Assembly (NCBI GenBank): GCA_964016885.1
Contig: OZ024741.1
Span: 260,214,001-260,278,000, forward strand
Source: Eledone cirrhosa
Taxonomy: Eukaryota
Direction of reading: 5' to 3'
DNA length: 64,000 nt
The translations under genes and the position numbers were made by a program. A model generated the notes under the pieces. The model saw nothing but the letters and a program-made list of their open reading frames with translations, ran no database searches and was not told where the DNA came from. Of the stretch, positions 25,390 to 37,394 are shown piece by piece (within the stretch, counting starts at the first letter, position 1; each line of letters opens with the position of its first letter).

Positions 25390-28230
25390 GCCAGTGTTGT
25401 TGTAGTTATTGCTGTTTTCTGTGTCAGTGCCACTGTTGTTGTTGCTGTTTTCTGTGTCAGTGCCAGTGTTGTTGTTGTTGCTGTTTTCTCTGTCAGTGCC
25501 AGTGTTGTTGTTGCTGTTTTCTCTGTCAGTGCCAGTGTTGTTGTTGTTGCTGTTTTCTGTGTCAGTGTCATTGTTATTGCTGTTGTTGCTGTTTTCTGTG
25601 TCAGTGCCAGTGTTGTTGTTGCTGTTGTTGCTGTTTTCTGTGTCAGTGCCAGTGTTGTTGCTGTTTCTGTTTTCTCTGTCAGTGCCAGTGTTGTTGTAGT
25701 TGTTGCTGTTTTCTCTGTCAGTGCCAGTGTTGTAGTTGTTGCTGTTTTCTGTGTCAGTGCCAGTGTTGTTGTTGCTGTTTTCTCTGTCAGTGCCAGTGTT
25801 GTTGTAGTTGTTGCTGTTTTCTGTGTCAGCGCCAGTGTTGTTGTAGTTGTTGCTCTTTTCTCTGTCAGTGCCAGTGTTGTTGTAGTTGTTGCTGTTTTCT
25901 GTGTCAGTGCCAGTGTTGTTGTTGTTGCTGTTTTCTCTGTCAGTGCCAGTGTTGTTGTAGTTGTTGCAGTTTTCTCTGTCAGTGCCAGTTTTGTTGTAGT
26001 TGTTGCTGTTTTCTGTGTCAGTGCCAGTGTTGTTGTAGTTGTTGCTGTTTTCTCTGTCAGTGCCAGTGTTGTTGTTGTTGTTGCTGTTTTCTCTGTCAGT
26101 GTTGTTGTTGTTGCTATTTTCACTGTCAGTGCCAGTGTTGTTGTTGTTGCTGTTTTCTGTGTCAGTGCCAGTGTTGTTGTTGTTGTTGCTGTTTTCTGTG
26201 TCAGTGCCAGTGTTGTTGTTGTTACTGTTGCTGTTTTCTGTGTCAGTGCCAGTCTTGTTGTTGTTACTGTTGCTGTTTTCTGTGCCAGTGCCTCTGTTAT
26301 TGTTGCTGTTGTTGCTGTTTTCTGTGTCAGTGCCACTGTTGTTGTTGCTGTTGTTGCTGTTTTCTGTGTCAGTGCCAGTGTTGTTGTTGCTGTTGTTGCT
26401 GTTTTCTGTGTCAGTGCCAGTGTTGTTGTTGCTGTTTTCCGTGCCAGTGTTGTTGTAGTTGTTGCTGTTTTCTGTGTCAGTGCCAGTGTTCTTGCTGTTG
26501 CTGTTTTCTGTGTCAGTGCCAGTGTTGTTGTTGTTACTGTTGCTGTTTTCTGTGTCAGTTCCAGTGTTGTTGTTGTTGTTGCTGTTGGTGTTTTCTGTGC
26601 CAGTGCCAGTGTTATTGTTGCTGTTGTTGCTGTTTCTCTGTCAGTGCCAGTGTTGTTGTAGTTGTTGCTGTTTTCTCTGTCAGTGCCAGTGTTGTTGTAG
26701 TTGTTGCTGTTTTCTGTGTCAGTGCCAGTGTTGTTGTAGTTGTTGCTGTTTTCTGTGTCAGTGCCAGTGTTGTTGTAGTTGTTGCTGTTTTCTCTGTCAG
26801 TGCCAGTGTTGTTGTAGTTGTTGTTGTTTTCTGTGTCAGTGTCAGTGTTGTTGTTTTTGCTGTTTTCTCTGTCAGTGCCAGTGTTGTTGTAGTTGTTGCT
26901 GTTTTCTCTGTCAGTGCCAGTGTTGTTGTAGTTGTTGCTGTTTTCTGTGTCAGTGCCAGTGTTGTTGTTGTTGCTGTTTTCTCTGTCAGTGCCAGTGTTG
27001 TTGTAGTTGTTGCTGTTTTCTGTGTCAGTGCCAGTGTTGTTGTTGTTGCTGTTTTCTCTGTCAGTGCCAGTGTTGTTGTAGTTATTGCTGTTTTCTGTGT
27101 CAGTGCCACTGTTGTTGTTGCTGTTTTCTGTGTCAGTGCCAGTGTTGTTGTTGTTGCTGTTTTCTCTGTCAGTGCCAGTGTTGTTGTTGCTGTTTTCTCT
27201 GTCAGTGCCAGTGTTGTTGTTGTTGCTGTTTTCTGTGTCAGTGTCATTGTTATTGCTGTTGTTGCTGTTTTCTGTGTCAGTGCCAGTGTTGTTGTTGCTG
27301 TTGTTGCTGTTTTCTGTGTCAGTGCCAGTGTTGTTGCTGTTTCTGTTTTCTGTGTCAGCGCCAGTGTTGTTGTAGTTGTTGCTCTTTTCTCTGTCAGTGC
27401 CAGTGTTGTTGTAGTTGTTGCTGTTTTCTGTGTCAGTGCCAGTGTTGTTGTTGTTGCTGTTTTCTCTGTCAGTGCCAGTGTTGTTGTAGTTGTTGCAGTT
27501 TTCTCTGTCAGTGCCAGTTTTGTTGTAGTTGTTCCTGTTTTCTGTGTCAGTGCCAGTGTTGTTGTAGTTGTTGCTGTTTTCTCTGTCAGTGCCAGTGTTG
27601 TTGTTGTTGTTACTGTTTTCTCTGTCAGTGTTGTTGTTGTTGCTATTTTCACTGTCAGTGCCAGTGTTGTTGTTGTTGCTGTTTTCTGTGTCAGTGCCAG
27701 TGTTGTTGTTGTTGTTGCTGTTTTCTGTGTCAGTGCTAGTGTTGTTGTTGTTACTGTTGCTGTTTTCTGTGTCAGTGCCAGTCTTGTTGTTGTTACTGTT
27801 GCTGTTTTCTGTGCCAGTGCCTGTGTTATTGTTGCTGTTGTTGCTGTTTTCTGTGTCAGTGCCACTGTTGTTGTTGCTGTTGTTGCTGTCTTCTGTGTCA
27901 GTGCCAGTGTTGTTGTTGCTGTTGTTGCTGTTTTCTGTGTCAGTGCCAGTGTTGTTGTTGCTGTTTTCCGTGCCAGTGTTGTTGTAGTTGTTGCTGTTTT
28001 CTGTGTCAGTGCCAGTGTTCTTGCTGTTGCTGTTTTCTGTGTCAGTGCCAGTGTTGTTGTTGTTACTGTTGCTGTTTTCTGTGTCAGTTCCAGTGTTGTT
28101 GTTGTTGTTGCTGTTGGTGTTTTCTGTGCCAGTGCCAGTGTTATTGTTGCTGTTGTTGCTGTTTCTCTGTCAGTGCCAGTGTTGTTGTAGTTGTTGCTGT
28201 TTTCTCTGTCAGTGCCAGTGTTGTTGTAGT
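25390..28230. repeat. Duplication of ~1.2-1.3 kb: ~25390-26700 and ~27065-28230 (offsets 1676, then 1529)
   Basis: Markers GTGTCATT 25565/27241, GCTCTT 25852/27381, GCAGTT 25966/27495, GTTGGTG 26584/28113, and the 1-bp deletion at ~26632/28161. Confidence 0.8.
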
Positions 28231-31200
28231 TGTTGCTTTTTTCTGTGTCAGTGCCAGTGTTGTTGTAGTTGTTGCTGTTTTCTGTGTAAGTGCCAGTGTT
28301 GTTGTAGTTGTTGCTGTTTTCTGTGTCAGTGCCAGTGTTGTTGTAGTTGTTGCTGTTTTCTCTGTCAGTGCCAGTGTTGTTGTAGTTGTTGCTGTTTTCT
28401 CTGTCAGTGCCAGTGTTGTTGTAGTTGTTGCTGTTTTCTCTGTCAGTGCCAGCGTTGTTGTAGTTGTTGCTGTTTTCTGTGTCAGTGCCAGTGTTGTTGT
28501 AGTTGATGCTGTTTTCTGTGTCAGTGCCAGTGTTGTTGTAGTTGTTGCTGTTTTCTCTGTCAGTGCCAGTGTTGTTGTAGTTGTTGCTGTTTTCTCTGTC
28601 AGTGCCAGTGTTGTTGTAGTTGTTGCTGTTTTCTGTGTCAGTGCCAGTGTTGTTGTTGCTGTTTTCTCTGTCAGTGCCAGTGTTGTTGTAGTTGTTGCTG
28701 TTTTCTGTGTCAGTGCCAGTGTTGTTGTAGGTGTTGCTGTTTTCTGTGTCAGTGCCAGTGTTGTTGTAGTTGTTGCTGTTTTCTCTGTCAGTGCCAGTGT
28801 TGTTGTAGTTGTTGCTGTTTTCTCTGTCAGTGCCAGTGTTGTTGTAGTTGTTGTTGTTTTCTGTGTCAGTGCCAGTGTTGTTGCTGTTGCTGTTTTCTCT
28901 GTCAGTGCCAGTGTTGTTGTAGTTGTTGCTGTTTTCTGTGTCAGTGCCAGTGTTGTTGTTGTTGCTGTTTTCTCTGTCAGTGCCAGTGTTGTTGTAGTTG
29001 TTGCTGTTTTCTCTGTCAGTGCCAGTGTTGTTGTAGTTGTTGCTGTTTTCTGTGTCAGTGCCAGTGTTGTTGCTGTTGTTGCTGTTTTCTGTGTCAGTGC
29101 CAGTGTTGTTGTTGCTGTTTTCTCTGTCAGTGCCAGTGTTTTTGTTGTTGCTGTTTTCTGTGTCAGTGCCATTGTTGTTCTAGTTGTTGCTGTTTTCTGT
29201 GCCAGTGCCAGTGTTGTTGTAGTTGTTGCTGTTTTCTCTGTCAGTGTCAGTGTTGTTGTAGTTGTTGCTGTTTTCTCTGTCAGTGCCAGTGTTGTTGTAG
29301 TTGTTGCTGTTTTCTCTGTCAGTGCCAGTGTTGTTGTTGTTGCTGTTTTCTCTGTCAGTGCCAGTGTTGTTGTAGTTATTGCTGTTTTCTGTGTCAGTGC
29401 CACTGTTGTTGTTGCTGTTTTCTGTGTCAGTGCCAGTGTTGTTGTTGTTGCTGTTTTCTCTGCCAGTGCCAGTGTTGTTGTTGCTGTTTTCTCTGTCAGT
29501 GCCAGTGTTGTTGTTGTTGCTGTTTTCTGTGTCAGTGCCATTGTTATTGCTGTTGTTGCTGTTTTCTGTGTCAGTGCCAGTGTTGTTGTTGCTGTTGTTG
29601 CTGTTTTCTGTGTCAGTGCCAGTGTTGTTGCTGTTTCTGTTTTCTCTGTCAGTGCCAGTGTTGTTGTAGTTGTAGCTGTTTTCTCTGTCAGTGCCAGTGT
29701 TGTAGTTGTTGCTGTTTTCTGTGTCAGTGCCAGTGTTGTTGTTGCTGTTTTCTCTGTCAGTGCCAGTGTTGTTGTAGTTGTTGCTGTTTTCTCTGTCAGT
29801 GCCGGTGTTGTAGTTGTTGCTATTTTCTGTGTCAGTGCCAGTGTTGTTGCTGTTGCTGTTTTCTCTGTCAGTGCCAGTGTTGTTGTAGTTGTTGCTGCTT
29901 TCTCTGTCAGTGCCAGTGTTGTTGTAGTTGTTTCTGTTTTCTGTGTCAGTGTCAGTGTTGTTGTTGTTGCTGTTTTCTCTGTCAGTGCCAGTGTTGTTGT
30001 AGTTGTTGCTGTTTTCTGTGTCAGTGCCACTGTTGTTGTTGCTGTTTTCTGTGTCTGTGCACGTGTTGTTGTTGTTGCTGTTTTCTCTGTCAGTGCCAAT
30101 GTTGTTGTTGCTGTTTTCTCTGTCAGTGCCAGTGTTAGTGTTGTTGTTGTTGCTGTTTTCTGTGTCAGTGCCAGTGTTGTTGTAGTTGTTGCTGTTTTCT
30201 GTGTCAGTGCCAGTGTTGTTGTAGTTGTTGCTGTTTTCTGTGTCAGTGCCAGTGTTGGTGTAGTTGTTGCTGTTTTCTCTGTGAGTGCCAGTGTTGTTGT
30301 AGTTGTTGCTGTTTTCTCTGTCAGTGCCAGTGTTGTTGTAGTTGTTGCTGTTTTCTGTGTCAGTGCCAGTGTTGTTGTTGTTGCTGTTTTCTCTGTCAGT
30401 GCCAGTGTTGTTGTAGTTGTTGCTGTTTTCTCTGTCAGTGCCGGTTTTGTTGTAGTTGTTGCTGTTTTCTGTGTCAGTGCCAGTGTTGTTGTAGTTGTTG
30501 CTGTTTTCTTTGTCAGTGCCAGTGTTGTTGTTGTTGCTGTTTTCTCTGTCAGTGCCAGTGTTGTTGTTGTTGCTGTTTTCACTGTCAGTGCCAGTGTTGT
30601 TGTTGTTGCTGTTTTCTGTGTCAGTGCCAGTGTTGTTGTAGTTGTTGCTGTTTTCTCTGTCAGTGCCAGTGTTATTGTAGTTGTTGCTGTTTTCTGTGTC
30701 AGTACCGGTGTTGTTGTTGTTGCTGTTTTCTCTGTAAGTGCCAGTGTTGTTGTTGTTGCTGTTTTCTGTGTCAGTGCCAGTGTTGTTGTAGTTGTTGCTG
30801 TTTTCTCTGTCAGTGCCAGTGTTGTTGTAGTTGTTGCTGTTTTCTCTGTCAGTGCCAGTGTTGTTGTAGTTGTTGCTGTTTTCTCTTTCAGTGCCAGTGT
30901 TGTTGTAGTTGTTGCTGTTTTCTCTGTCAGTGCCAGTGTTATTGTAGTTGTTGCTGTTTTCTGTGTCAGTGCCAGTGTTGTTGTAGTTGTTGCTGTTTTC
31001 TGTGTCAGTGCCAGTGTTGTTGTAGTTGTTGCTGTTTTCTCTGTCAGTGCCAGTGTTGTTGTAGTTGTTGCTGTTTTCTCTGTCAGTGCCAGTGTTGTTG
31101 TAGTTGTTGCTGTTTTCTGTGTCAGTGCCAGTGTTGTTGTTGCTGTTTTCTCTGTCAGTGCCAGTGTTGTTGTAGTTGTTGCTGTTTTCTGTGTCAATGC

Positions 31201-34200
31201 CACTGTTGTTGTAGTTGTTGCTGTTTTCTGTGTCAGTGCCAGTGTTGTTGTAGTTGTTGCTGTTTTCTCTGTCAGTGCCAGTTTTGTTGTAGTTGTTGCT
31301 GTTTTCTCTGTCAGTGCCAGTGTTGTTGTAGTTGTTGTTGTTTTCTGTGTCAGTGCCAGTGTTGTTGCTGTTGCTGTTTTCTCTGTCAGTGCCAGTGTTG
31401 TTGTAGTTGTTGCTGTTTTCTCTGTCAGTGCCAGTCTTGTTGTAGTTGTTGCTGTTTTCTGTGTCAGTGCCAGTGTTGTTGCTGTTGTTGCTGTTTTCTG
31501 TGTCAGTGCCAGTGTTGTTGTTGCTGTTTTCTCTGTCAGTGCCAGTGTTTTTGATGTTGCTGTTTTCTGTGTCAGTGCCAGTGTTGTTCTAGTTGTTGCT
31601 GTTTTCTGTGCCAGTGCCAGTGTTGTTGTAGTTGTTGCTGTTTTCTCTGTCAGTGCCAGTGTTGTTGTAGTTGTTGCTGTTTTCTCTGTCAGTGCCAGTG
31701 TTGTTGTAGTTGTTGCTGTTTTCTGTGTCAGTGCCAGTGTTGTTGTTGTTGCTGTTTTCTCTGTCAGTGCCAGTGTTGTTGTAGTTATTGCTGTTTTCTG
31801 TGTCAGTGCCAGTGTTGTTGTTGCTGTTTTCTCTGTCAGTGCCAGTGTTGTTGTTGTTGCTGTTTTCTGTGTCAGTGCCATTGTTATTGCTGTTGTTGCT
31901 GTTTTCTCTGTCAGTGCCAGTGTTGTTGTTGCTGTTGTTGCTGTTTTCTCTGTCAGTGCCAGTGTTGTTGTAGTTGTTGCTGTTTTCTCTGTCATTGCCA
32001 GTGTTGTAGTTGTTTCTGTTTTCTGTGTCAGTGCCAGTGTTGTTGTAGTTGTTGCTGTTTTCTCTGTCATTGCCAGTGTTGTAGTTGTTTCTGTTTTCTG
32101 TGTCAGTGCCAGTGTTGTTGTTGCTGTTTTCTCTGTCAGTGCCAGTGTTGTTGTAGTTGTTGCTGTTTTCTCTGTCAGTGCCAGTGTTGTTGTAGTTGTT
32201 GCTGTTTTCTGTGTCAGTGCCGGTGTTGTAGTTGTTGCTATTTTCTGTGTCAGTGCCAGTGTTGTTGCTGTTGCTGTTTTCTCTGTCAGTGCCAGTGTTG
32301 TTGTAGTTGTTGCTGCTTTCTCTGTCAGTGCCAGTGTTGTTGTAGTTGTTTCTGTTTTCTGTGTCAGTGCCAGTGTTGTTGTTGCTGTTTTCTCTGTCAG
32401 TGCCAGTGTTGTTGTAGTTGTTGCTGTTTTCTGTGTCAGTGCCACTGTTGTTGTTGCTGTTTTCTGTGTCTGTGCCAGTGTTGTTGTTGTTGCTGTTTTC
32501 TCTGTCAGTGCCAGTGTTGTTGTTGCTGTTTTCTCTGTCAGTGCCAGTGTTGTTGTTGTTGCTGTTTTCTGTGTCAGTGCCAGTGTTTTTGTAGTTGTTG
32601 CTGTTTTCTGTGTCAGTGCCAGTGTTGTTGTAGTTGTTGCTGTTTTCTGTGTCAGTGCCAGTGTTGTTGTAGTTGTTGCTGTTTTCTCTGTGAGTGCCAG
32701 TGTTGTTGTAGTTGTTGCTGTTTACTCTGTCAGTGCCAGTGTTGTTGTAGTTGTTGCTGTTTTCTGTGTCAGTGCCAGTGTTGTTGTAGTTGTTGCTGTT
32801 TTCTCTGTCAGTGCCAGTGTTGTTGTAGTTGTTGCTGTTTTCTCTGTCAGTGCCAGTGTTGTTGTAGTTGTTGCTGTTTTCTGTGTCAGTGCCAGTGTTG
32901 TTGTTGCTGTTTTCTCTGTCAGTGCCAGTGTTGTTGTAGTTGTTGCTGTTTTCTGTGTCAGTGCCAGTGTTGTTGTAGGTGTTGCTGTTTTCTGTGTCAG
33001 TGCCAGTGTTGTTGTAGTTGTTGCTGTTTTCTCTGTCAGTGCCAGTGTTGTTGTTGTTGTTGCTGTTTTCTCTGTCAGTGCCAGTGTTGTTGTAGTTGTT
33101 GTTGTTTTCTGTGTCAGTGCCAGTGTTGTTGCTGTTGCTGTTTTCTCTGTCAGTGCCAGTGTTGTTGTAGTTGTTGCTGTTTTCTGTGTCAGTGCCAGTG
33201 TTGTTGTTGTTGCTGTTTTCTCTGTCAGTGCCAGTGTTGTTGTAGTTGTTGCTGTTTTCTCTGTCAGTGCCAGTGTTGTTGTAGTTGTTGCTGTTTTCTG
33301 TGTCAGTGCCAGTGTTGTTGCTGTTGTTGCTGTTTTCTGTGTCAGTGCCAGTGTTGTTGTTGCTGTTTTCTCTGTCAGTGCCAGTGTTTTTGTTGTTGCT
33401 GTTTTCTGTGTCAGTGCCATTGTTGTTCTAGTTGTTGCTGTTTTCTGTGCCAGTGCCAGTGTTGTTGTAGTTGTTGCTGTTTTCTCTGTCAGTGTCAGTG
33501 TTGTTGTAGTTGTTGCTGTTTTCTCTGTCAGTGCCAGTGTTGTTGTAGTTGTTGCTGTTTTCTCTGTCAGTGCCAGTGTTGTTGTTGTTGCTGTTTTCTC
33601 TGTCAGTGCCAGTGTTGTTGTAGTTATTGCTGTTTTCTGTGTCAGTGCCACTGTTGTTGTTGCTGTTTTCTGTGTCAGTGCCAGTGTTGTTGTTGTTGCT
33701 GTTTTCTCTGCCAGTGCCAGTGTTGTTGTTGCTGTTTTCTCTGTCAGTGCCAGTGTTGTTGTTGTTGCTGTTTTCTGTGTCAGTGCCATTGTTATTGCTG
33801 TTGTTGCTGTTTTCTGTGTCAGTGCCAGTGTTGTTGTTGCTGTTGTTGCTGTTTTCTGTGTCAGTGCCAGTGTTGTTGCTGTTTCTGTTTTCTCTGTCAG
33901 TGCCAGTGTTGTTGTAGTTGTAGCTGTTTTCTCTGTCAGTGCCAGTGTTGTAGTTGTTGCTGTTTTCTGTGTCAGTGCCAGTGTTGTTGTTGCTGTTTTC
34001 TCTGTCAGTGCCAGTGTTGTTGTAGTTGTTGCTGTTTTCTCTGTCAGTGCCGGTGTTGTAGTTGTTGCTATTTTCTGTGTCAGTGCCAGTGTTGTTGCTG
34101 TTGCTGTTTTCTCTGTCAGTGCCAGTGTTGTTGTAGTTGTTGCTGCTTTCTCTGTCAGTGCCAGTGTTGTTGTAGTTGTTTCTGTTTTCTGTGTCAGTGT

Positions 34201-36969
34201 CAGTGTTGTTGTTGTTGCTGTTTTCTCTGTCAGTGCCAGTGTTGTTGTAGTTGTTGCTGTTTTCTGTGTCAGTGCCACTGTTGTTGTTGCTGTTTTCTGT
34301 GTCTGTGCACGTGTTGTTGTTGTTGCTGTTTTCTCTGTCAGTGCCAATGTTGTTGTTGCTGTTTTCTCTGTCAGTGCCAGTGTTAGTGTTGTTGTTGTTG
34401 CTGTTTTCTGTGTCAGTGCCAGTGTTGTTGTAGTTGTTGCTGTTTTCTGTGTCAGTGCCAGTGTTGTTGTAGTTGTTGCTGTTTTCTGTGTCAGTGCCAG
34501 TGTTGGTGTAGTTGTTGCTGTTTTCTCTGTGAGTGCCAGTGTTGTTGTAGTTGTTGCTGTTTTCTCTGTCAGTGCCAGTGTTGTTGTAGTTGTTGCTGTT
34601 TTCTGTGTCAGTGCCAGTGTTGTTGTTGTTGCTGTTTTCTCTGTCAGTGCCAGTGTTGTTGTAGTTGTTGCTGTTTTCTCTGTCAGTGCCGGTTTTGTTG
34701 TAGTTGTTGCTGTTTTCTGTGTCAGTGCCAGTGTTGTTGTAGTTGTTGCTGTTTTCTTTGTCAGTGCCAGTGTTGTTGTTGTTGCTGTTTTCTCTGTCAG
34801 TGCCAGTGTTGTTGTTGTTGCTGTTTTCACTGTCAGTGCCAGTGTTGTTGTTGTTGCTGTTTTCTGTGTCAGTGCCAGTGTTGTTGTAGTTGTTGCTGTT
34901 TTCTCTGTCAGTGCCAGTGTTATTGTAGTTGTTGCTGTTTTCTGTGTCAGTACCGGTGTTGTTGTTGTTGCTGTTTTCTCTGTAAGTGCCAGTGTTGTTG
35001 TTGTTGCTGTTTTCTGTGTCAGTGCCAGTGTTGTTGTAGTTGTTGCTGTTTTCTCTGTCAGTGCCAGTGTTGTTGTAGTTGTTGCTGTTTTCTCTGTCAG
35101 TGCCAGTGTTGTTGTAGTTGTTGCTGTTTTCTCTTTCAGTGCCAGTGTTGTTGTAGTTGTTGCTGTTTTCTCTGTCAGTGCCAGTGTTATTGTAGTTGTT
35201 GCTGTTTTCTGTGTCAGTGCCAGTGTTGTTGTAGTTGTTGCTGTTTTCTGTGTCAGTGCCAGTGTTGTTGTAGTTGTTGCTGTTTTCTCTGTCAGTGCCA
35301 GTGTTGTTGTAGTTGTTGCTGTTTTCTCTGTCAGTGCCAGTGTTGTTGTAGTTGTTGCTGTTTTCTGTGTCAGTGCCAGTGTTGTTGTTGCTGTTTTCTC
35401 TGTCAGTGCCAGTGTTGTTGTAGTTGTTGCTGTTTTCTGTGTCAGTGCCACTGTTGTTGTAGTTGTTGCTGTTTTCTGTGTCAGTGCCAGTGTTGTTGTA
35501 GTTGTTGCTGTTTTCTCTGTCAGTGCCAGTTTTGTTGTAGTTGTTGCTGTTTTCTCTGTCAGTGCCAGTGTTGTTGTAGTTGTTGTTGTTTTCTGTGTCA
35601 GTGCCAGTGTTGTTGCTGTTGCTGTTTTCTCTGTCAGTGCCAGTGTTGTTGTAGTTGTTGCTGTTTTCTCTGTCAGTGCCAGTCTTGTTGTAGTTGTTGC
35701 TGTTTTCTGTGTCAGTGCCAGTGTTGTTGCTGTTGTTGCTGTTTTCTGTGTCAGTGCCAGTGTTGTTGTTGCTGTTTTCTCTGTCAGTGCCAGTGTTTTT
35801 GATGTTGCTGTTTTCTGTGTCAGTGCCAGTGTTGTTCTAGTTGTTGCTGTTTTCTGTGCCAGTGCCAGTGTTGTTGTAGTTGTTGCTGTTTTCTCTGTCA
35901 GTGCCAGTGTTGTTGTAGTTGTTGCTGTTTTCTCTGTCAGTGCCAGTGTTGTTGTAGTTGTTGCTGTTTTCTGTGTCAGTGCCAGTGTTGTTGTTGTTGC
36001 TGTTTTCTCTGTCAGTGCCAGTGTTGTTGTAGTTATTGCTGTTTTCTGTGTCAGTGCCAGTGTTGTTGTTGCTGTTTTCTCTGTCAGTGCCAGTGTTGTT
36101 GTTGTTGCTGTTTTCTGTGTCAGTGCCATTGTTATTGCTGTTGTTGCTGTTTTCTGTGTCAGTGCCAGTGTTGTTGTTGCTGTTGTTGCTGTTTTCTCTG
36201 TCAGTGCCAGTGTTGTTGTAGTTGTTGCTGTTTTCTCTGTCATTGCCAGTGTTGTAGTTGTTTCTGTTTTCTGTGTCAGTGCCAGTGTTGTTGTAGTTGT
36301 TGCTGTTTTCTCTGTCATTGCCAGTGTTGTAGTTGTTTCTGTTTTCTGTGTCAGTGCCAGTGTTGTTGTTGCTGTTTTCTCTGTCAGTGCCAGTGTTGTT
36401 GTAGTTGTTGCTGTTTTCTCTGTCAGTGCCAGTGTTGTTGTAGTTGTTGCTGTTTTCTGTGTCAGTGCCGGTGTTGTAGATGTTGCTATTTTCTGTGTCA
36501 GTGCCAGTGTTGTTGCTGTTGCTGTTTTCTCTGTCAGTGCCAGTGTTGTTGTAGTTGTTGCTGCTTTCTCTGTCAGTGCCAGTGTTGTTGTAGTTGTTTC
36601 TGTTTTCTGTGTCAGTGCCAGTGTTGTTGTTGCTGTTTTCTCTGTCAGTGCCAGTGTTGTTGTAGTTGTTGCTGTTTTCTGTGTCAGTGCCACTGTTGTT
36701 GTTGCTGTTTTCTGTGTCTGTGCCAGTGTTGTTGTTGTTGCTGTTTTCTCTGTCAGTGCCAGTGTTGTTGTTGCTGTTTTCTCTGTCAGTGCCAGTGTTG
36801 TTGTTGTTGCTGTTTTCTGTGTCAGTGCCAGTGTTTTTGTAGTTGTTGCTGTTTTCTGTGTCAGTGCCAGTGTTGTTGTAGTTGTTGCTGTTTTCTGTGT
36901 CAGTGCCAGTGTTGTTGTAGTTGTTGCTGTTTTCTCTGTGAGTGCCAGTGTTGTTGTAGTTGTTGCTGT
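28165..36969 (-). other. Long open Thr-rich frame (LALT[E/Q]KTATTTTT repeats) split by a TAA at 32722; a mucin-like repeat exon is possible but unsupported
   Basis: The ORF track shows 1434-aa and 1323-aa ORFs here. No non-repetitive domain, signal peptide or boundary is visible, the same frame has repeated inherited stops, and other frames are similarly open. Confidence 0.1.
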
Positions 36970-37030
36970 TTACTCTGTCAGTGCCAGTGTTGTTGTAGTT
37001 GTTGCTGTTTTCTGTGTCAGTGCCAGTGTT
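28510..37030. repeat. Near-perfect tandem duplication of a 4248-bp unit
   Basis: Constant 4248 offset for private markers: GTAGGTG ~28727/32975, TGTAGCTG 29671/33919, GCACGT 30059/34307, GTTAGTGTT 30134/34382, GTTGGTGTA 30254/34502, ACCGGT 30704/34952, TGTAAGT 30733/34981, CTCTTTCAG 30883/35131, TTGATG 31551/35799. ORF pairs 29379/33627 and 31788/36036 agree. Confidence 0.95.
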
Positions 37031-37394
37031 GTTGTTGTTGCTGTTTTCTCTGTCAGTGCCAGTGTTGTTGTAGTTGTTGCTGTTTTCTCTGTCAGTGCCA
37101 GTTTTGTTGTAGTTGTTGCTGTTTTCTGTGTCAGTGCCAGTGTTGTTGTAGTTGTTGCTGTTTTCTTTGTCAGTGCCAGTGTTGTTGTTGTTGCTGTTTT
37201 CTCTGTCAGTGCCAGTGTTGTAGTTGTTGCTGTTTTCTCTGTCAGTGCCAGTGTTGTTGTTGCTGTTTTCTCTGTCAGTGCCAGTGTTGTTGTTGTTGCT
37301 ATTTTCACTGTCAGTGCCAGTGTTGTTGTTGCTATTTTCACTGTCAGTGCCAGTGTTGTTGCTGTTGCTGTTTTCTCTGTCAGTGCCAGTGATG

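Noticed and set aside
19013-28190. Cys-rich ORFs (CQCQCCCSCCCFL) resembling metallothionein or keratin-associated proteins
   Set aside because: These are an alternative frame of the same repeat (TGT from the GTT tract). They switch frames at indels and have no real start or non-repetitive domain.
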